A DNA stretch of 63,969 nucleotides, the filler included, from Eremomyces bilateralis CBS 781.70 (lineage: Eukaryota), in the NCBI GenBank assembly GCA_010015585.1. It is 7 parts of 7 records of this genome, joined end to end, with 100 filler letters (N's around TTAATTAATTAA, not from the genome) between each part and the next. Parts side by side here need not be neighbours in the genome. Positions count along the whole stretch, not along the records: positions 60,133 to 62,598 come from ML975211.1; positions 62,699 to 63,969 come from ML975237.1; 5 more parts are not named here. One strand, written 5' to 3'. Shown one piece after another: positions 60,133-63,969 of the stretch. The notes below the pieces were generated by a model that saw only the letters and a list, made by a program, of their open reading frames with translations, was not told the DNA's origin and did not search any database. The position numbers and the translations under genes are program-made. The first letter of the stretch is position 1, and every line of letters starts with the position of its first letter.

Positions 60133-62598
60133 CGAGCATATGTTCCCCGGTGAATTGAAGGATCTGACGCCGATCGAGGAGAAGCTTATCGCGCTGAATT
60201 CGTGCTACGGCTTCATCGCCCAGTATAGTATCCCTAATGGTCCGAGGCAAGGAGTGAGGTATGGAAGGCATGTCAAAGGGCATATCACCGTCTTCCCAAA
60301 TAACGTGCAGGAGCTGGTGGCCAACGTCCTCCCGCATCCGCTCCTGAAGGTAGTCGACGAGATTCATGTGTCCTGGCAGGGGTCGGAGAAGCCAGTACCA
60401 AGCGATCTATCGGTCCTTCTATCGGTCCGGCGTCGGGTGGTAGAGAAAGCACTGGTGTGGCTAAAGCGGTATAATCCGCTATATAGGCACATCGAGATCG
60501 ACGTGGCGGAATTGGACAGCTGGGATGCGCCCTTACACGGGGTACCATCTCGAGTATATGAGCGGTTAAGACGGGACGAGCCGTCGGCGCAGGAGAAGGC
60601 ACGAACCGGGCAGGTAGTCCCGTCTACGGAGCGTGGCCTAGACGAGGGAGAAGCAGTAGATATTCGAGAAGTGCTGGCTACGTTAGGTCAGGGGGACGAT
60701 ATCGAGACTAGCCAGGAGGTAACAGAAGAAATGGAACAGGGCGATACTACCGATAGGGATAGGGATAGGGTCCTTGGCGATGCTGCAGTCCCCGTTTATG
60801 AAACCAGTTCATCTGGCATATTCGCACTAGATAAGGGACCGGATATCGCGAACGGGGAGAAGTTATAGTACGTTCGTGACACACTAGGCCAACAGGATCC
60901 GGGCAATAAACGACGGGGTGGGACGGCAGAGGTGCGGCGTTAGAACGGTGCCGAGCCGTATATCGTGGTAAACCGGGGCGAGGACTTTGCCGATCCGTTC
61001 GATGCACGGTTTTTCGCAAAGACGTTCCCAACGCTGTTCCCTCTCGGTCGTGGGGGCCCACTTCAGGCGGATAAGAGCATCCAGGACGTCGCTAGGGCGA
61101 GGGACGTAGGCATCGAAGCGGCTGATCGGCTGAGGGGCCTTATTACATCACGGAACATGAGCCTCGAGACGTAGGCTAAACTAGTCCTCTAGCGTCACGG
61201 TGGTCGATTCGCGTTATACCACATCTTTCCCTTTCTTGTTTTTAATGTAGGCGTCCGGTCAAGGAATCGCCGTGCCAGTATGGCGAGTGTCGCAAGGAAA
61301 GATTTCCCCGCAGTCGAGCGCATCGTACGTTCGCTAAACGCGGAGCGGCTAGAGCGTGCTAAGGGCGAATTAGAGGTCTCGCGAACGACGAGCGACGAGG
61401 ACGTTAATAGGCTCTTAAGGAGCCTATCGCTGTATGGATATCGCCAGCCGATGTCGAGGGAGAGTCGTTTAAGCATGCGGCGCAAGATCCAGTCCCTCAT
61501 TATTCGGGATGGTATTCCGGCAATCTGGTTCACGCTGAATCCGAACGATATAACCAATCCGATCAAGCTCCGGCTTGCTGCGTATCGGACCCGGGATCCA
61601 GAGGTGGCTAAAGCCTTCTTAACGAGTCTAGATCTAGCGTACAAGCGAGCACGGCTGGCGATCTCGGACCCGCTCAGTTCGGCAATCTTCTTCTACCGGG
61701 AGATTTCCCTATTCTTTAAGCACTACGTAAAGATAGGGGAGGACTCGGTATTCGGGCGGATTAATCGATACTTCGGAGCCGTAGAGACTAACGAGCGCGG
61801 GTCACTACATGTCCACGGACTCCTCTGGCTTCAGGGAAATATGCAGCTGAGTTCTATTTCGTAAGACGATAATAAAGAGGATCGGGAGGCATATCGGGAG
61901 CGGGTTGCCCAGTATGTAGATAGCGTATTTACCGAGGTATATCCGCCCTATCGTAACCATATAAAGCAACGGTAGTCGAAAGTAAGGCTAAACGATGTAG
62001 GATCTCGATTACGAGGCATTTTCCGCCGTTCGGGCGGAACGGTCCGTAACGTCGGACATATCGCCATTGCTAGCTAATCGCGAGCAATTCGCCGCCGCGT
62101 TTGAAGAGGAGGCCAACCTCTGCGCTGGGGCTACGCAGATCCATACCCATAGCCCGACGTGTGTAAAGTACTCTATTAACGGGCAAACACGAAGGAATCA
62201 GGACCTGTGCCGGTTTAAGGCGCCGTGGAAATTGGTAGAGAGGACGGCGTTTACCGAGGAGGGAGTGTTGCAGATTCGGCGGACGCATAGCATGGTGAAT
62301 CGATGGAATAAGGCGATCGCGGTAGGGCTGCGTCATAACCATGACATTTCGTTCATCGGAACGCAGTATAAGACCATGGCTCTCGTCTTTTACCTGACGA
62401 ACTATGCAACCAAAGTCGAGGATCCGGTGTCAAAACGGGTGGCCGCAGCGGCAGAACTCATCTCGGCTCATAACGGTGCGACGGCGGAGCGGCAGGAGGG
62501 CGCAACGGATGGCCCGATAACGGGCAACGGTAGTGAGAACCAAACACGCCAGTTTTTGATGAGAATCGCGAACCGGATCTTCACGGAGCGGCCGTTAT
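60133..62598 (+). mobile_element. Helitron-like Rep region, inactivated by RIP-like stops
   Basis: KGHITVFP, FAKTFPTLFPLGRGG, PAIWFTLNPND, HUH motif VETNERGSLHVHGLLW, HTHSPTCVKY, RHNHDISFI, YLTNYATK. Confidence 0.9.
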
Positions 62599-62698
62599 NN
62601 NNNNNNNNNNNNNNNNNNNNNNNNNNNNNNNNNNNNNNNNNNTTAATTAATTAANNNNNNNNNNNNNNNNNNNNNNNNNNNNNNNNNNNNNNNNNNNN

Positions 62699-63969
62699 TA
62701 CAGAAGACGCAAGGACTAGAAACGCCCCCCAGGTAGAAGACCCCCTCCGGGTAGTAGACGCATGGTCTAGAGACGTCCCCTAGGAATTCTTTAATACGTA
62801 GTAAACCTCTAAGAATACTACAGGCCAACATGAGGAAAATGCCAGAAGCACAGCACGTACTGATGAACGACGAATTACTATAGGATATCAGCGTTATCCT
62901 GATACAGGAACCATCTTGCTTCCTAACAGACGACGATCGAGTAGTCGTAGCACCATCTACATACTCATATTTCTAACAGTTCATCCCAAACGAAACCCAT
63001 AAGACACTACGATACCCAGTACGGTCACTGATCTATGCAAGCCACTAACTGCGACCTAGGCAGATAGAGGTAGGGTTACTAGATATTATAGCAATCGAAG
63101 TGGAGATCAACGGACGAGAGATAATTATTATATTAGTCTACGTACTAATATAAGTAGCAATAGTCGCGGAGAGCTAAGCCCAGGTTAGAGCGATACTAGA
63201 CTTAATTAAGAACACGATAGTAAGATTCCCGTCCTATAATCTACTAATTGCTGGGGACTTTAACCGTCACGATCAGCTATAGGGAGGGGACAGGGTTAGA
63301 GATAACTATAGGGAGGATATTATCCAATTCATGCATAAGCAAGGATTATAACTTGCCCTCCCCAGGGGTACCTCTATACATAACTCAGGAACTACGATCG
63401 ACCTCTGTATAGTATCAAGCCGGCTATTCGAAGACATGCTCCGATGTATAATCTGGCCTACCGAATATGGCTCGGACCATAAAGTAATCGAGTCCTAATT
63501 TGACCTAGACCTATACGACTGCACGAACGAGCTAAGAAGGCTCTTCCGGAAGACTAACTAGAAGAGGGTAGTAAAAACTACCAAGGAAGGGATAAAGAAC
63601 CTACAAATCCCACCAGACAAGATGATCCCAAAAGAGAAAATCGACGAGTTTAGTACCCAGTGAGACGGTTTGATCGCAGAAGTTACGAGAACCACTTTCA
63701 TTTATTGCAAAGCTAAAGAAGAAGAGCTATCTACGACGCGTGCGCGATGTCCAAGACTTCGACAGTTGACTTAGTCACGTGACTGTCATTCAGGAGACAG
63801 GCCACAGGCCTGGAACCATAACACCCAGCTAGTCCAGATTATTACAGAGGCGGTCCTTCAAGACACCCCAGTCGCTAGGCCATCGGCATTCTCAAAGAGA
63901 TGGTGGACAATGAACCTCATAGACCTCAAAAACGCGCATACAAGGGCGAGAAACGAAGCAGCCTTAACG
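62699..63969 (+). mobile_element. Tad1-like LINE ORF2 (APE endonuclease region), RIP-degraded
   Basis: LRILQANMRK, ILIQEP, LIAGDFNRHDQL*GG, TTIDLC, EYGSDHKVIES, FSKRWWT; many TAG/TAA stops. Confidence 0.85.
63661..63823 (-). mobile_element. Solo LTR (163 bp) inserted in the LINE
   Basis: TG...CA termini, 5-bp TSD CCCAG (63656-63660, 63824-63828). Confidence 0.92.

Overview
Filamentous ascomycete (Pezizomycotina) genomic DNA with spliceosomal introns. The window is not contiguous: seven contigs or scaffolds are joined by six artificial 100-nt linkers (N44-TTAATTAATTAA-N44), and there are two real N gaps. Contig 1 (1-28774) starts with a TE-rich accessory block: an ankyrin/Zn2Cys6 chimera, a tyrosine-recombinase-like/TLH relic, nested solo LTRs with a truncated LINE, an intact divergent zincophore locus (PRA1/Aspf2 + ZrfC-type ZIP transporter), two pogo transposons, and a HET fragment split by a hAT MITE. 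Core genes follow (PSR1-like phosphatase, SDS22, coronin, ATG3), then a strongly T-depleted 1.3 kb tract. Contig 2 carries a compact putative catabolic cluster (MFS, FAD monooxygenase, cupin, CocE/NonD hydrolase) with a Mutator MITE inside a probable Tc1/mariner excision footprint. Contig 3 has a Tc1 relic, a beta-lactamase-family pseudogene, a Ppc89/Cep57-like gene, an MFS gene, and a PIF1/Helitron-like relic that contains an unannotated 49-aa spliced microgene. The later contigs hold a HET-NACHT-ankyrin NLR, LTRs (one with a self-priming signature), a small GPI-like protein, a RIP-damaged Helitron Rep region and a RIP-damaged LINE. All calls come from reading the sequence and recalling motifs; no database searches were run.
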